From contig OZ254086.1 in the NCBI GenBank assembly GCA_965267575.1, positions 3,168,001 through 3,232,000 on the forward strand: a stretch of DNA of 64,000 nt, written 5' to 3'. This document shows positions 40,461 to 49,869 of this stretch, piece by piece. The DNA is from Calditrichales bacterium (lineage in GTDB: Bacteria; Calditrichota; Calditrichia; Calditrichales; J004). The position numbers and the translations under genes were made by a program. Numbering within the stretch: position 1 is the first letter of the stretch; every line of letters begins with the position of its first letter. The notes beneath the pieces were generated by a model that had not been told where the DNA came from, did no database searches, and was given only the letters and a program-made list of their open reading frames with translations.

Positions 40461-41960
40461 CTATTCTCCCTGGTTTTGATAAAGGATTTCTTCCAAGGCC
40501 TGCATGGCGCGCGGGTCATTGCTTTGTCCCAGCCAGAAGATGGCCTTTTTGCGGATATTGTAGTTTTTGTGCTCTTTGGCGATTTCGATCATCGCATCCA
40601 GGCCTTTGTCTTCCGTCTGGTACAGGGCAAAAACGGCTTTCTCCTGCACTTCCTGGCTGTGGTCTTCCATGGCCCTTTTTGTCAAAAAGTCGATTGTATT
40701 CTGGTCGGCGTTTTGTCCCAGCCAGAATATGGCCTTGGCCCGCAGCTCATCGTTCTTGTGTTGTTCGGCGATGTCGCGCAGATAGGGCATGCCGCGCTTG
40801 TCTCCCACCTGGCTCATGGCAAACAACGCTTTTTCCTGTACCGTGCGGTCTTTATCGTTCAGGGCGATGTCGCGCAACTGCTCAACCTGTTGGGTGGAAG
40901 AGGCGCTTTGGCCCATCCAGAAAACGGCGTTGGCGCGCAGTTCGTTGTTGTCCATCGATTTGGCCAGGGCAGCCAGCGTGCTGTAGGATTTTTCACCATG
41001 TATCTGCGATATACCGAACAAGGCTTTCTTGCGCACTTCAAAAGAGCGGTCTTTTCCGGCGATTTTCTTCAGTGCGTCCAGACTGGCTTCGCCACCGTTC
41101 TGGCCCATCCAGAATACGGCCTTGGCACGGATTTTTTCCTCGGGGTGATCGTTGGCAAGCTTTGCCAGTCGCGGTTGTGCCATCTGCGGTGTAAGCTGGC
41201 TGATGATAAAGAGGCTGCGTTCGCTCACCACTTCAGATTTGTCTTCCAGAGCGCGGCTGGTGATAAAGTCGGCCAGCTTGTTGTCCACGTCGCCCTGGCT
41301 CAGCCAGAACAACGCTTCTTTGCGCAGTTCCGGGTCGTCTTCATTGATAACGACGTCGCGTAGTTTTTCCCGTGCTTCAGGTTGCCCAAAGCTGCCGATG
41401 ATATAGATCATCTTTTTGCGTAGACGCAGGCTTTCCGTCTCTTCGTACAATTTAGCAACCGTTGCCAAAGATTTTTCATCTCCGCGCATACGCAGCGCCT
41501 GTAAAGCCGCCATGGCCACCTCTTCATCCTGATCTTTCTGCAGTTGTTCCGTACGGGTGACATAATAGACCATTTCCGATTCATTCAGATCGCCTTCAAC
41601 CCGCATTTCACGGACGAGCCGTACCATATACTGCTTGGCGTCATCGGACCATTTACTTTTGGGGTAGTCCTGTAAAAAGGTCTCGTAGCATTTAAAGGCC
41701 GCCTTACGGTCCTTTCCCAGCTGCTCCTTACTGTAGCAGAGCCAGAACTGGGCGTCGTCCACCCAGGAGCTGCTGCTGTAATCATTTACAATCTGCTGCA
41801 GTAATGGCTGCGCTTTGCTAAATTCTTTCTCCAAAACAAGCTCATAGGCCTGCTTGTATAATTTCGATGCTTCATCGTCGGGGTTGGGCAGGGCGGAGGT
41901 GGTCAGCGTGAGAACGCCGATCATCAACAGCGCGTAGCTGCCTGCAATAAACCGTTTCAT
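40461..41960 (-). CDS. Exported TPR plus HEAT-repeat protein
   Basis: Signal peptide; BamD/YbgF-like TPR (YPKSKWSDDA); about 10 HEAT repeats. Confidence 0.8.
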   Translation of the reverse strand: MKRFIAGSYALLMIGVLTLTTSALPNPDDEASKLYKQAYELVLEKEFSKAQPLLQQIVNDYSSSSWVDDAQFWLCYSKEQLGKDRKAAFKCYETFLQDYPKSKWSDDAKQYMVRLVREMRVEGDLNESEMVYYVTRTEQLQKDQDEEVAMAALQALRMRGDEKSLATVAKLYEETESLRLRKKMIYIIGSFGQPEAREKLRDVVINEDDPELRKEALFWLSQGDVDNKLADFITSRALEDKSEVVSERSLFIISQLTPQMAQPRLAKLANDHPEEKIRAKAVFWMGQNGGEASLDALKKIAGKDRSFEVRKKALFGISQIHGEKSYSTLAALAKSMDNNELRANAVFWMGQSASSTQQVEQLRDIALNDKDRTVQEKALFAMSQVGDKRGMPYLRDIAEQHKNDELRAKAIFWLGQNADQNTIDFLTKRAMEDHSQEVQEKAVFALYQTEDKGLDAMIEIAKEHKNYNIRKKAIFWLGQSNDPRAMQALEEILYQNQGE

Positions 41961-42745
41961 GATCGTTTCCTTTCCTGTGCGTCATTTGTATTCTTCTTGC
42001 TTGCTTCGTCGCGGCCTTGCAGCAGCAACTGTTCCAGATCGATTTTTAGGATTAAATCCTGGCTTTGAACGCCACCGCGGATAACGTCCACAGCCTCCAT
42101 ATCGATCTGGCTGTCCATATTTGCTATTTGTCTCAAAATAAGTTCCAGTTCATCCAGCAGGTGCAACACGCGCCGGTTGGGCGACCCCTGTAGCTGGTTG
42201 CGCAGATCCGCTGTTTGCTTTAGCAGCATTTGCGAATGCTCTTGCGGGTAAGCAAAGTCGATCCCGTCCGCGCTCACATCATCTTCATCGAGGTTTATCA
42301 TACCGAGGATCAGCACTTTGCTGTCTTCCAGCACACCGGCAGTCTGTTTGGCCACCAGTCTTTGCTCTGCCTCAGCCGCCATGTCAAAATCATTTTGTTT
42401 GGGATTGTAAAAAAGCAGGTAGCCGATAAATACGCCCAGCGCAAGCACGGCCGCCACGCGCAACAGTTGCGTAAAGAGCATTCGGTAGCGCTTGTCCGTC
42501 TTTTCTTCAAGACGCTCTTCCACACGACCGGCGAAACGTTCCCAGTACTCTTTGCCGGGGTCCGGTATGTCATTGTTTTTAAGTGTGTCAATCATCTTGA
42601 TGCTCTTTTCCACTTCATCCGCGCATTCCGGCGCATTTTGGCGCAGTTCTTCCAAAAATTGTTGTTGCCCCTCTTTATCGCGGGCATGGAAGCGTCCTTC
42701 GGAAACTTCCTCAAGGTACTCCCGGCAGTTGTTTTTCTTTTTCAT
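41957..42745 (-). CDS. Putative single-pass anti-sigma factor
   Basis: Overlaps the ECF sigma gene; DPGKEYWERF, one TM, helical extracytoplasmic part. Confidence 0.7.
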   Translation of the reverse strand: MKKKNNCREYLEEVSEGRFHARDKEGQQQFLEELRQNAPECADEVEKSIKMIDTLKNNDIPDPGKEYWERFAGRVEERLEEKTDKRYRMLFTQLLRVAAVLALGVFIGYLLFYNPKQNDFDMAAEAEQRLVAKQTAGVLEDSKVLILGMINLDEDDVSADGIDFAYPQEHSQMLLKQTADLRNQLQGSPNRRVLHLLDELELILRQIANMDSQIDMEAVDVIRGGVQSQDLILKIDLEQLLLQGRDEASKKNTNDAQERKRS

Positions 42746-43299
42746 CTTTCTTCCCCCATGCGCGGATCGTAGAAGGCCAGCGCCTGGCGCAGTTTTGTCA
42801 GGGCGCGGTTAAGGTGGCTTTTTACGGTCCCTTCGCTTGTTTTCAGCGTTGATGCAATTTCACGTATGCTACAGGCCTGCAGGTGCCGCAGTGTAAAGGC
42901 TGTCTTTTCACCGGCGGAGAGTTTTTCCATGGCCCGTTCCAGGTGCTGCCGGAAAAAGGTCAGCTCAGCCTGCGCTGTGTTTTCGGCGCCTTTTTCGTAT
43001 GCTGCGGGTGACTCTTCCAGTCTTTGCAGGCGTTGGCGCAGGGCTCCGCGCTTGCTGTCGATGTAGCTGTTTGCGGCTATGCGCATAAGCCACGTTTTGA
43101 TGGCTGCTTCGCCGCGGAAGCTGTCGATGGCTTTGTAGGCTTTTACAAAAACCGTCTGCGCCAGTTCATCGGCGTCATCATGGTTGCCGCAGAGCTGCCA
43201 GGCCACGCCATAGACGTCACGTTGGTAGCGCTCTACAAGCACGCGGAAAGCCCCTCGCTCTCCTTTTCTTATCTCCTGCAGCAGTTCCTGATCTGTCAT
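42742..43299 (-). CDS. ECF-family RNA polymerase sigma factor
   Basis: DADELAQTVF, TWLMRIAAN, EIA...GTVKSHLNRA. Confidence 0.93.
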   Translation of the reverse strand: MTDQELLQEIRKGERGAFRVLVERYQRDVYGVAWQLCGNHDDADELAQTVFVKAYKAIDSFRGEAAIKTWLMRIAANSYIDSKRGALRQRLQRLEESPAAYEKGAENTAQAELTFFRQHLERAMEKLSAGEKTAFTLRHLQACSIREIASTLKTSEGTVKSHLNRALTKLRQALAFYDPRMGEER

Positions 43300-43322
43300 T
43301 CGTTTTCCGTTGTTTGATGCTA

Positions 43323-43352
43323 TAGACGAGAGTAACACAAAAGAGGTTTACA
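43323..43352 (-). promoter_or_regulatory. Putative autoregulatory ECF promoter
   Basis: Minus strand TGTAAAC-N17-CGTCTA just upstream of the sigma ATG; fits the AAC/CGT ECF pattern. Confidence 0.65.
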
Positions 43353-43415
43353 CGATTTAGACATTTTTTTTTACATTATCACGACCGGCATCGCTATCGC
43401 CACCGTTGCCCCTTG

Positions 43416-43510
43416 GGTTCCCGCCGCCCGATGGTCTGGACAGGTTAAGCGGGAATGACAATATTGAGAAAAATCCATAAACACGTCATGCTGAATTCAT
43501 TTCAGCATCT
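43416..43510. repeat. Two REP-like palindromes (TTCCCGC...GCGGGAATGAC and GTCATGCTGAA...TTCAGCATCT)
   Basis: Read directly; both carry the GTCAT/ATGAC foot. Confidence 0.65.
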
Positions 43511-43650
43511 TTTTTGTGACAGAGGCGGATTGGCATCACGTTGTGAACCAATACATTCGCTATCTTTCTTTGCCTGTTGGCCAATATTGCCTAAATTTGG
43601 CTGGCGCGCTTCCGGCGCCAAAAGGGAAATCGAATAACAAGGAATATTAT

Positions 43651-46002
43651 ATGCGTGTTGTACTGATTGTTTTGATAACCATGGCCTTTGCGTTTAGCCA
43701 GGACGAAAGCTGGAAACTGTATGATGACAGCCAGGTGGCGGAAATCCGCATAACCACTGCGCCGGAGGCTGTGGAGTTCATGTATGCCGATCCGCAGAGC
43801 GATTCCATGCATGTGGCCAGCGTGCACTTCAGCAACGCCTACATCAACGAAACCATTGACTCCGTGGGCTTGCGAATCCGCGGCAACACCTCGCGCGAGT
43901 CGGAGAAAAAATCGTTTAAGCTGGATTTTGAGCATTTTGTGGATGGCCGTGAGTTTTACAGCGTCGATAAAATGAACCTGAACGGCGAACACAACGACCC
44001 GTCGATCATCCGCTCCAAGCTGGCCTGGGATTTTATGCAGCAGGCCGGTATGAAAGCGAGCCGTGCCGCACATTGCGCTGTTTATATCAATGATGTGTAT
44101 TATGGTTTGTATGTCAGTGTAGAGCATATAGACGGGGAGTTTGTGGAAAAGCGCTTTGCCGATGACAGCGGCAACCTTTGGAAATGCCTGTGGCCGGCGG
44201 ACCTGCAATACCGTGGCGAGAGTCCCGGACAATACGATTTTTGGTATGATGACCGCCGGGTGTATGACCTGAAAACAAATGAAGATCAGAACGACTATAC
44301 GGCACTGGCGCGGCTGATAAAAATTCTGGAACACACCTCAAAAAGTGCTTTGCCGGATTCCCTGGAGCGCATGCTTAATGTATCGTCCGCGTTAAAGATG
44401 TTTGCCTGGAATGTGCTCACCGGCATGTGGGACGATTACTGGAGCAATCAAAATAATTATTACATCTACCACCAGCCCACTGAAGATAAGATCTATTTTA
44501 TACCGTATGATTACGACAACACCTTCAGCATAGACTGGTTCGGGATCGAATGGTCGGAAGCTCATATCTACAACTGGCCGCGCGTCTCATCCAATCCCTG
44601 GAGCCAAAACAAGTACAGGCCATTGTTGGACAGGCTAATGGAGATTCCGGAATACCGCAATCTTTATACCCGCTACATAACCTTTTACGCCGACAGTGTT
44701 TTTGCCATGGAACATTGGGACAACCGGCTTAGTCAGCTGCAGGCGATGATCGCGCCTTTCGCCGAGAGCGATACCTTTCGCACACGCGACTATGGCTATA
44801 CTATGGATGATTTCTATAACTCCTATACCGCCGGACATTACAATCGCGACCACGTAAAAAACGGCATCCGCGAGTATGTTAACAAACGTGTGGCTGCTGT
44901 TAAACAGCAGGCTTCCTATATTTCTTCAAAACCCATCGTTTATGAATACAACGTGCCCGATATGGTGGCTGCAACGGACAGCGTTCGTATTGAAATCGCC
45001 GCGTTTGATCCGGACGGCATCGACCGTTTTGAGATCAACTGGCGCCTCGATGGTGAGACCAACTCGATGACAACGGCACTTATTCATAAATCTGCCGGTG
45101 ATGGCACCGTGGAGGGAGCGGATCGTTGGGTTGCCGTGCTGCCGCCACAGGGCGAAAACCGCATGATAATCTGGAGTCTGTTTATTCGCGACAACCAATC
45201 ACAAATGGCATTTTATCCGCTGAACGGATCACGGGAAATAGAAACCGGCGGCGGCTCCGGGAATGACGCCCTGCGTATTAACGAGCTGCTGTCACTCAAC
45301 GATTCGCTGAATGCCGATAACGCCGGGCAATACGATGACTGGCTGGAACTATACAACAGCGGCGATGAGCCGATCGAGCTGGCCGGATATTTCCTCAGCG
45401 ACAAGCGCGACAATCTGACCAAATGGGTTTTTCCTGACAGTGCGCCGGCTATTGGCCCGGGTGAGTTTTTGCTGGTGTGGTGCGATGAAGACCAGGAGCA
45501 GGGCGCCCTGCATACCAATTTCCGCCTCTCTTCTGCGGGTGAATTTGTGGCCCTGCTGGCGCCCGATGGCAGCACCGTGCTTGATTCAATTGGTTTTCCC
45601 GCACTGCCCTCAAATCATTCCTATGCCCGCGAAACGGACGGGGACGGCGACTGGATTGTGCTCGATGAACCCACACCCGAGGCATCTAATTTTGTCGTCA
45701 GTGTCGAAGAAGGTGATCCCGTATTGCCGGCTTCACTGAACCTGAAGGCTTATCCCAATCCCTTTAATGGTCGTGTGACTTTGCTATTTAATTTGCCGCA
45801 ATCCGGAGAAGTGCAGTTGCGCATTTATGACATCAATGGGCGGATGGTAAAAGATGTATCCGGATTTTATGCTACAGGCAGCCAAAGCGTCTCCTGGGAT
45901 GGCCGGGATGCCACGGGCAATGCCGTAAGCAGCGGGCTCTATATTGTTAAGCTGCAATACGGCGCGCAGGAGCTATCGCGGAAATTGCTGTATTTGAAGT
46001 AG
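43651..46002 (+). CDS. Secreted CotH-kinase family protein with lamin-tail and C-terminal FlgD/T9SS-like domain
   Basis: RIRGNTS, KKSFK, NNYY, PYDYDNTF; INEL...DWLELYN; YPNPFN...KLLYLK. Confidence 0.85.
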   Translation: MRVVLIVLITMAFAFSQDESWKLYDDSQVAEIRITTAPEAVEFMYADPQSDSMHVASVHFSNAYINETIDSVGLRIRGNTSRESEKKSFKLDFEHFVDGREFYSVDKMNLNGEHNDPSIIRSKLAWDFMQQAGMKASRAAHCAVYINDVYYGLYVSVEHIDGEFVEKRFADDSGNLWKCLWPADLQYRGESPGQYDFWYDDRRVYDLKTNEDQNDYTALARLIKILEHTSKSALPDSLERMLNVSSALKMFAWNVLTGMWDDYWSNQNNYYIYHQPTEDKIYFIPYDYDNTFSIDWFGIEWSEAHIYNWPRVSSNPWSQNKYRPLLDRLMEIPEYRNLYTRYITFYADSVFAMEHWDNRLSQLQAMIAPFAESDTFRTRDYGYTMDDFYNSYTAGHYNRDHVKNGIREYVNKRVAAVKQQASYISSKPIVYEYNVPDMVAATDSVRIEIAAFDPDGIDRFEINWRLDGETNSMTTALIHKSAGDGTVEGADRWVAVLPPQGENRMIIWSLFIRDNQSQMAFYPLNGSREIETGGGSGNDALRINELLSLNDSLNADNAGQYDDWLELYNSGDEPIELAGYFLSDKRDNLTKWVFPDSAPAIGPGEFLLVWCDEDQEQGALHTNFRLSSAGEFVALLAPDGSTVLDSIGFPALPSNHSYARETDGDGDWIVLDEPTPEASNFVVSVEEGDPVLPASLNLKAYPNPFNGRVTLLFNLPQSGEVQLRIYDINGRMVKDVSGFYATGSQSVSWDGRDATGNAVSSGLYIVKLQYGAQELSRKLLYLK

Positions 46003-46013
46003 GTCCGTCGCTA

Positions 46014-46415
46014 TCAGGTATATGTTATAAAAGGAGCGAGCATTAAGAGAGCGCCGATTGTTGCCAAGAATGAGATAACCATGGTAGCGATGCCAAGCCG
46101 GCGGGAACGAATCCACCCGGACATTCCCATGGAGATAAATAACAAAACCACACCGGCAAGAAAAAGAAGCGACATAGGAATATGCAGAAACTCAATGTTT
46201 TGAGGCAGGTTAGTGCTCCGGGTTGCAACTACGGCGCTGAATGTCGCCCCCAATGCGCTTATCACAAAGCAAGAGGATGATGCTACCAGGAAAGAAATCA
46301 CCCAGTTTATTACTTTTTGTTTAGAAGATAACGAAAGTAATACGCTCAAAAATGTAATCGCGAAACCACCGAGAATAGCATTTATAAACGCCATTTGTCT
46401 GAATAATTCTGCCAC
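46014..46415 (-). CDS. Small 4-TM membrane protein
   Basis: Hydrophobic 133-aa ORF. Confidence 0.6.
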   Translation of the reverse strand: MAELFRQMAFINAILGGFAITFLSVLLSLSSKQKVINWVISFLVASSSCFVISALGATFSAVVATRSTNLPQNIEFLHIPMSLLFLAGVVLLFISMGMSGWIRSRRLGIATMVISFLATIGALLMLAPFITYT

Positions 46416-46610
46416 TTGCCAAAGTCCCCCGGTTCAATTATCGGTTACAAAATCTAATGGATTCAGGGCAATATTCAAATTAAGCTGAGTCAATATTGAT
46501 TGATTGCAAGCATCAGGCCTTTTTTCGTTGCCTTAATCACAGAAGTACCTGGTTGTAAGCTATACTTTAGCGCTTTCATTTTCTAACGTCCACCATCGTA
46601 TTAAGGAAAT

Positions 46611-49418
46611 ATGACAAAAATCATTAGCGGCATTGTTGTTGGTCTGGCTATTATCCTTTGTATGGCCGGGAACTTAACTGCCCAACCCTACGGGCTGGAA
46701 AACCGCGTACCCAACAGCTCACTTTTGATTTCCATTTCCGGACTTACCAGCCTGGAGACAAAGCGCGTATTTCCCAACCTGGTTGTTAACGATCCATTAG
46801 GGATGGTACATGCCGGCGATGGCAGCAACCGCCTTTTTGTGCTGGAGCAGCCCGGGCGTATAAGGGTGTTTGCCAATGACACATCCGATGGGCTTGCCAC
46901 GGTTTTTCTTAATATTCAAAGTCAGGTGGAAGATGGCCCCGGAGAGGCGGGCTTGCTGGGATTGGCTTTTCACCCCAGTTACCAAAACAACGGCAGGTTT
47001 TATGTCTATTATACCACGCCCGAAAACACGCTGACGTCGCGCATTTCAGAGTTTCAGGTCAGTTCCAGCGATTCCAACGCCGCCGACCCGTTAAGTGAAC
47101 GCGTTTTGTTTGAATACCCCCAGCCGGAAGGCAACCATAATGGTGGGCAACTGGCCTTTGGTCCCGATGGCTATCTCTATATCGCGCTGGGCGACGGTGG
47201 AGGCAGCGGCGATCCCTTTGATAATGGCCAGGATATTACGACACCGTTGGGCGCTATTCTGCGCATAGACGTGGATAGCACGCAGACGGGTCTGGAGTAC
47301 GCTATCCCGCCGGACAACCCTTTTACCACGGATACGCTAGGCTACCGGGACGAAATCTGGGCCTACGGACTGCGCAATCCCTGGCGCTTTAGTTTTGACA
47401 CCGACGGAACGCTTTACGCAGGTGATGTGGGGCAGGGTGACTGGGAAGAGATTGATATTATCAAAAAAGGCTTGAATTATGGCTGGAATGTCATGGAGGG
47501 GAACCATTGTTACGACGGCCCCTGCGATACCACCGGCCTGGAAAAACCCATTTACGAATACAATCACAGCGAAGGCCAGTCCATCACCGGGGGCTATGTT
47601 TACCGGGGTTCTTCGCTGACCGATATGGTTGGCGCTTACATCTACGGTGATTACGTGTCACGCAAAATCTGGGCATTGCGCTATGAGAATGGCGAAGTGA
47701 CTGAAAACAGCCTGGTGGCGGAGTCGCCGGCATCGATCTCGAGCTTTGCCGTGGATGAGAACAACGAGATTTATGTAGTAGGCTATAACGGGACAATCCA
47801 CATGCTGGTGGAGTCCGGGGAAGAACCGGTTAACACGGTGCCTGATTCGATTTCCAACTCCGGCCTTTACAAGGATATGCTGAATAAGGAATTCTCTGAC
47901 GGCCTGATTGAGTATGACGTGAATGCCTCTTTCTGGTCTGACGGATCGTTTAAAGAACGTGTTCTGGCCCTCCCCGACACCACGAAGATTATGTTTGATC
48001 AAACCGGGGATTGGGGCTGGCCATCCGAAGCGGTAATCGTAAAAAACTTTTACGTGGAGATGGTGGAAGGGGATACCGCCAGCCGCCGGCTGATCGAAAC
48101 GCGCTTTTTGGTGAAACGCTCTTCGGGTGATTTGTGGAATGGCTACAGCTACTGGTGGTTTAACGATGAAAGCGATGCATACCTGTTGCCGGACAGCGCC
48201 ACGCGACAGCTTACCATTGCAAATCCTGATTGCACGGGTGGCAGCTACATCCGTGATTATTATTATCCCTCGCGCAACGAATGTCTGGAATGCCATACAC
48301 CGGCTGCGGGCGACGTTTTGGGCGTTCATACTGCACAGACCAACAAGGATTTCCTCTATGACAACGGTGTAACGGACAACCAGCTGCGCAGTTATAACAA
48401 TATCCGACTTTTTACAGAGGATATTGGCGAAGATTACACGGGCTGGCCGCAGTGGCCCGATCCGACGGATTCCACCGAAGCACTGGAAGACCGTGCTCGT
48501 TCTTACCTGGCTTCGAACTGCGCCAACTGCCACTTGCCGGGCGGTACCGGCCGCACCAACATGGATATGCAGTACGCGACGCCGCTTGAGCAGACAAATA
48601 TGCTCGATATTGATCCGGAGTTGGGCGACCTTGGTGTAACAGGCGCTAAACGGATCATGAGCGGGGCGGCGGACAGTTCGGTGGTTTATCTGCGCATGAT
48701 CGATCATGGTGAATACCGAATGCCGCCGTTGGCAACAAACCGCATCGATACCGAAGGCTCGCAGCTTATCGAGAATTGGATCAATTCGCTGGATGACCAG
48801 AGTGTACCCGTTTCATTGGTGCAGGGCTCGTTTGCCGCCGCGTATAATTTCCAGGCCGGGGAAATCCGGGTAGGTTGGCGCACGGGCAGCGAAGTGAACA
48901 GCAGCTTTTTTGAAGTCTATCGTGATATGACCGCTGAAAACGGTGAGAAACTGCATGAGCGTGAGATGATCGCCCGGGTGGATGCACGAGGAAACAGCTC
49001 CGCCGGGCATGATTACAGTATCGCTGATAAAGGCATCCCCGATCTTTCCAGTGAAGCTTTTACCTGTCGCTATGAATTATTCCAGCAGGATGTGGACGGA
49101 GCAAGGCAGTATTTGGGGCAGGCAAGCGTTGAAGTGCTGCCCAAGGCTTTTGATGTGCGCCCGCCGTATCCCAATCCGGCAAACGGCCGCATAAAGGTAC
49201 GTTACGCGCTCAGCCAAAAAAGCAATCTGACTTTTACGTTATTTAATATACGCGGCCAGAAAGTGCACAGCGAAAAACGGCAGCACGAAAAGGGTGTATA
49301 TACATTTGACCTGGCATTGGATGAGTTAAGCTCGCAGCTTTATTTCCTGAAGATCAACGGTCGCAATAAGGCGCGCGATGATTTTAACAGGGTATTTAAG
49401 GTATTGGTGCTGAAGTAG
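46611..49418 (+). CDS. Secreted PQQ-dependent sugar dehydrogenase-like propeller fused to a di-haem cytochrome c and C-terminal sorting domain
   Basis: GLLGLAFHP, HNGGQLAFGPDG, GLRNPWR; CLECH and CANCH; YPNP...KVLVLK. Confidence 0.85.
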   Translation: MTKIISGIVVGLAIILCMAGNLTAQPYGLENRVPNSSLLISISGLTSLETKRVFPNLVVNDPLGMVHAGDGSNRLFVLEQPGRIRVFANDTSDGLATVFLNIQSQVEDGPGEAGLLGLAFHPSYQNNGRFYVYYTTPENTLTSRISEFQVSSSDSNAADPLSERVLFEYPQPEGNHNGGQLAFGPDGYLYIALGDGGGSGDPFDNGQDITTPLGAILRIDVDSTQTGLEYAIPPDNPFTTDTLGYRDEIWAYGLRNPWRFSFDTDGTLYAGDVGQGDWEEIDIIKKGLNYGWNVMEGNHCYDGPCDTTGLEKPIYEYNHSEGQSITGGYVYRGSSLTDMVGAYIYGDYVSRKIWALRYENGEVTENSLVAESPASISSFAVDENNEIYVVGYNGTIHMLVESGEEPVNTVPDSISNSGLYKDMLNKEFSDGLIEYDVNASFWSDGSFKERVLALPDTTKIMFDQTGDWGWPSEAVIVKNFYVEMVEGDTASRRLIETRFLVKRSSGDLWNGYSYWWFNDESDAYLLPDSATRQLTIANPDCTGGSYIRDYYYPSRNECLECHTPAAGDVLGVHTAQTNKDFLYDNGVTDNQLRSYNNIRLFTEDIGEDYTGWPQWPDPTDSTEALEDRARSYLASNCANCHLPGGTGRTNMDMQYATPLEQTNMLDIDPELGDLGVTGAKRIMSGAADSSVVYLRMIDHGEYRMPPLATNRIDTEGSQLIENWINSLDDQSVPVSLVQGSFAAAYNFQAGEIRVGWRTGSEVNSSFFEVYRDMTAENGEKLHEREMIARVDARGNSSAGHDYSIADKGIPDLSSEAFTCRYELFQQDVDGARQYLGQASVEVLPKAFDVRPPYPNPANGRIKVRYALSQKSNLTFTLFNIRGQKVHSEKRQHEKGVYTFDLALDELSSQLYFLKINGRNKARDDFNRVFKVLVLK

Positions 49419-49435
49419 CGCTGCCCGCTATTTTT

Positions 49436-49855
49436 TTAATTTGCCAGTTTTATATCAACAAGTTTTGGAATGTCAGTCAGGTCGTTTTCATTGTTAACGG
49501 TAATGCTGATACCACGACCTTCCGCGTAGACCCTGGCATTTTGCAGTTCGGATTTTATTGCTGCTGCTACATCACTTTCCAATATCTGGTTAGTTGCTTT
49601 TTGGCCGAAGACAAGGGCAACCTTAAAATAGCCGTCCCGCGGCAGCAGGTAGATGATGGCCCTTTTTTTATCCTTAACCCTGAAGCTCCAGCCGTATTTT
49701 TTGCCGGGGTAGTTCCACTCGTCTGTTGCAGCCGGGTACTTTTCAAATACAGAGTCGCGGATGCTTTTCCATAAAGGATAAGTTGTTCCCAACGCCGATT
49801 GCACTTCTTTTTCCGTTGGTGTTTTTGATTTGTCGGTAAAAACGCTGATGTCCAT
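49436..49855 (-). CDS. DUF3788-like protein
   Basis: EWNYPGKKYGWSFR...F.VALVFG pattern. Confidence 0.7.
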   Translation of the reverse strand: MDISVFTDKSKTPTEKEVQSALGTTYPLWKSIRDSVFEKYPAATDEWNYPGKKYGWSFRVKDKKRAIIYLLPRDGYFKVALVFGQKATNQILESDVAAAIKSELQNARVYAEGRGISITVNNENDLTDIPKLVDIKLAN

Positions 49856-49869
49856 AGTCTGCCTCCTGT

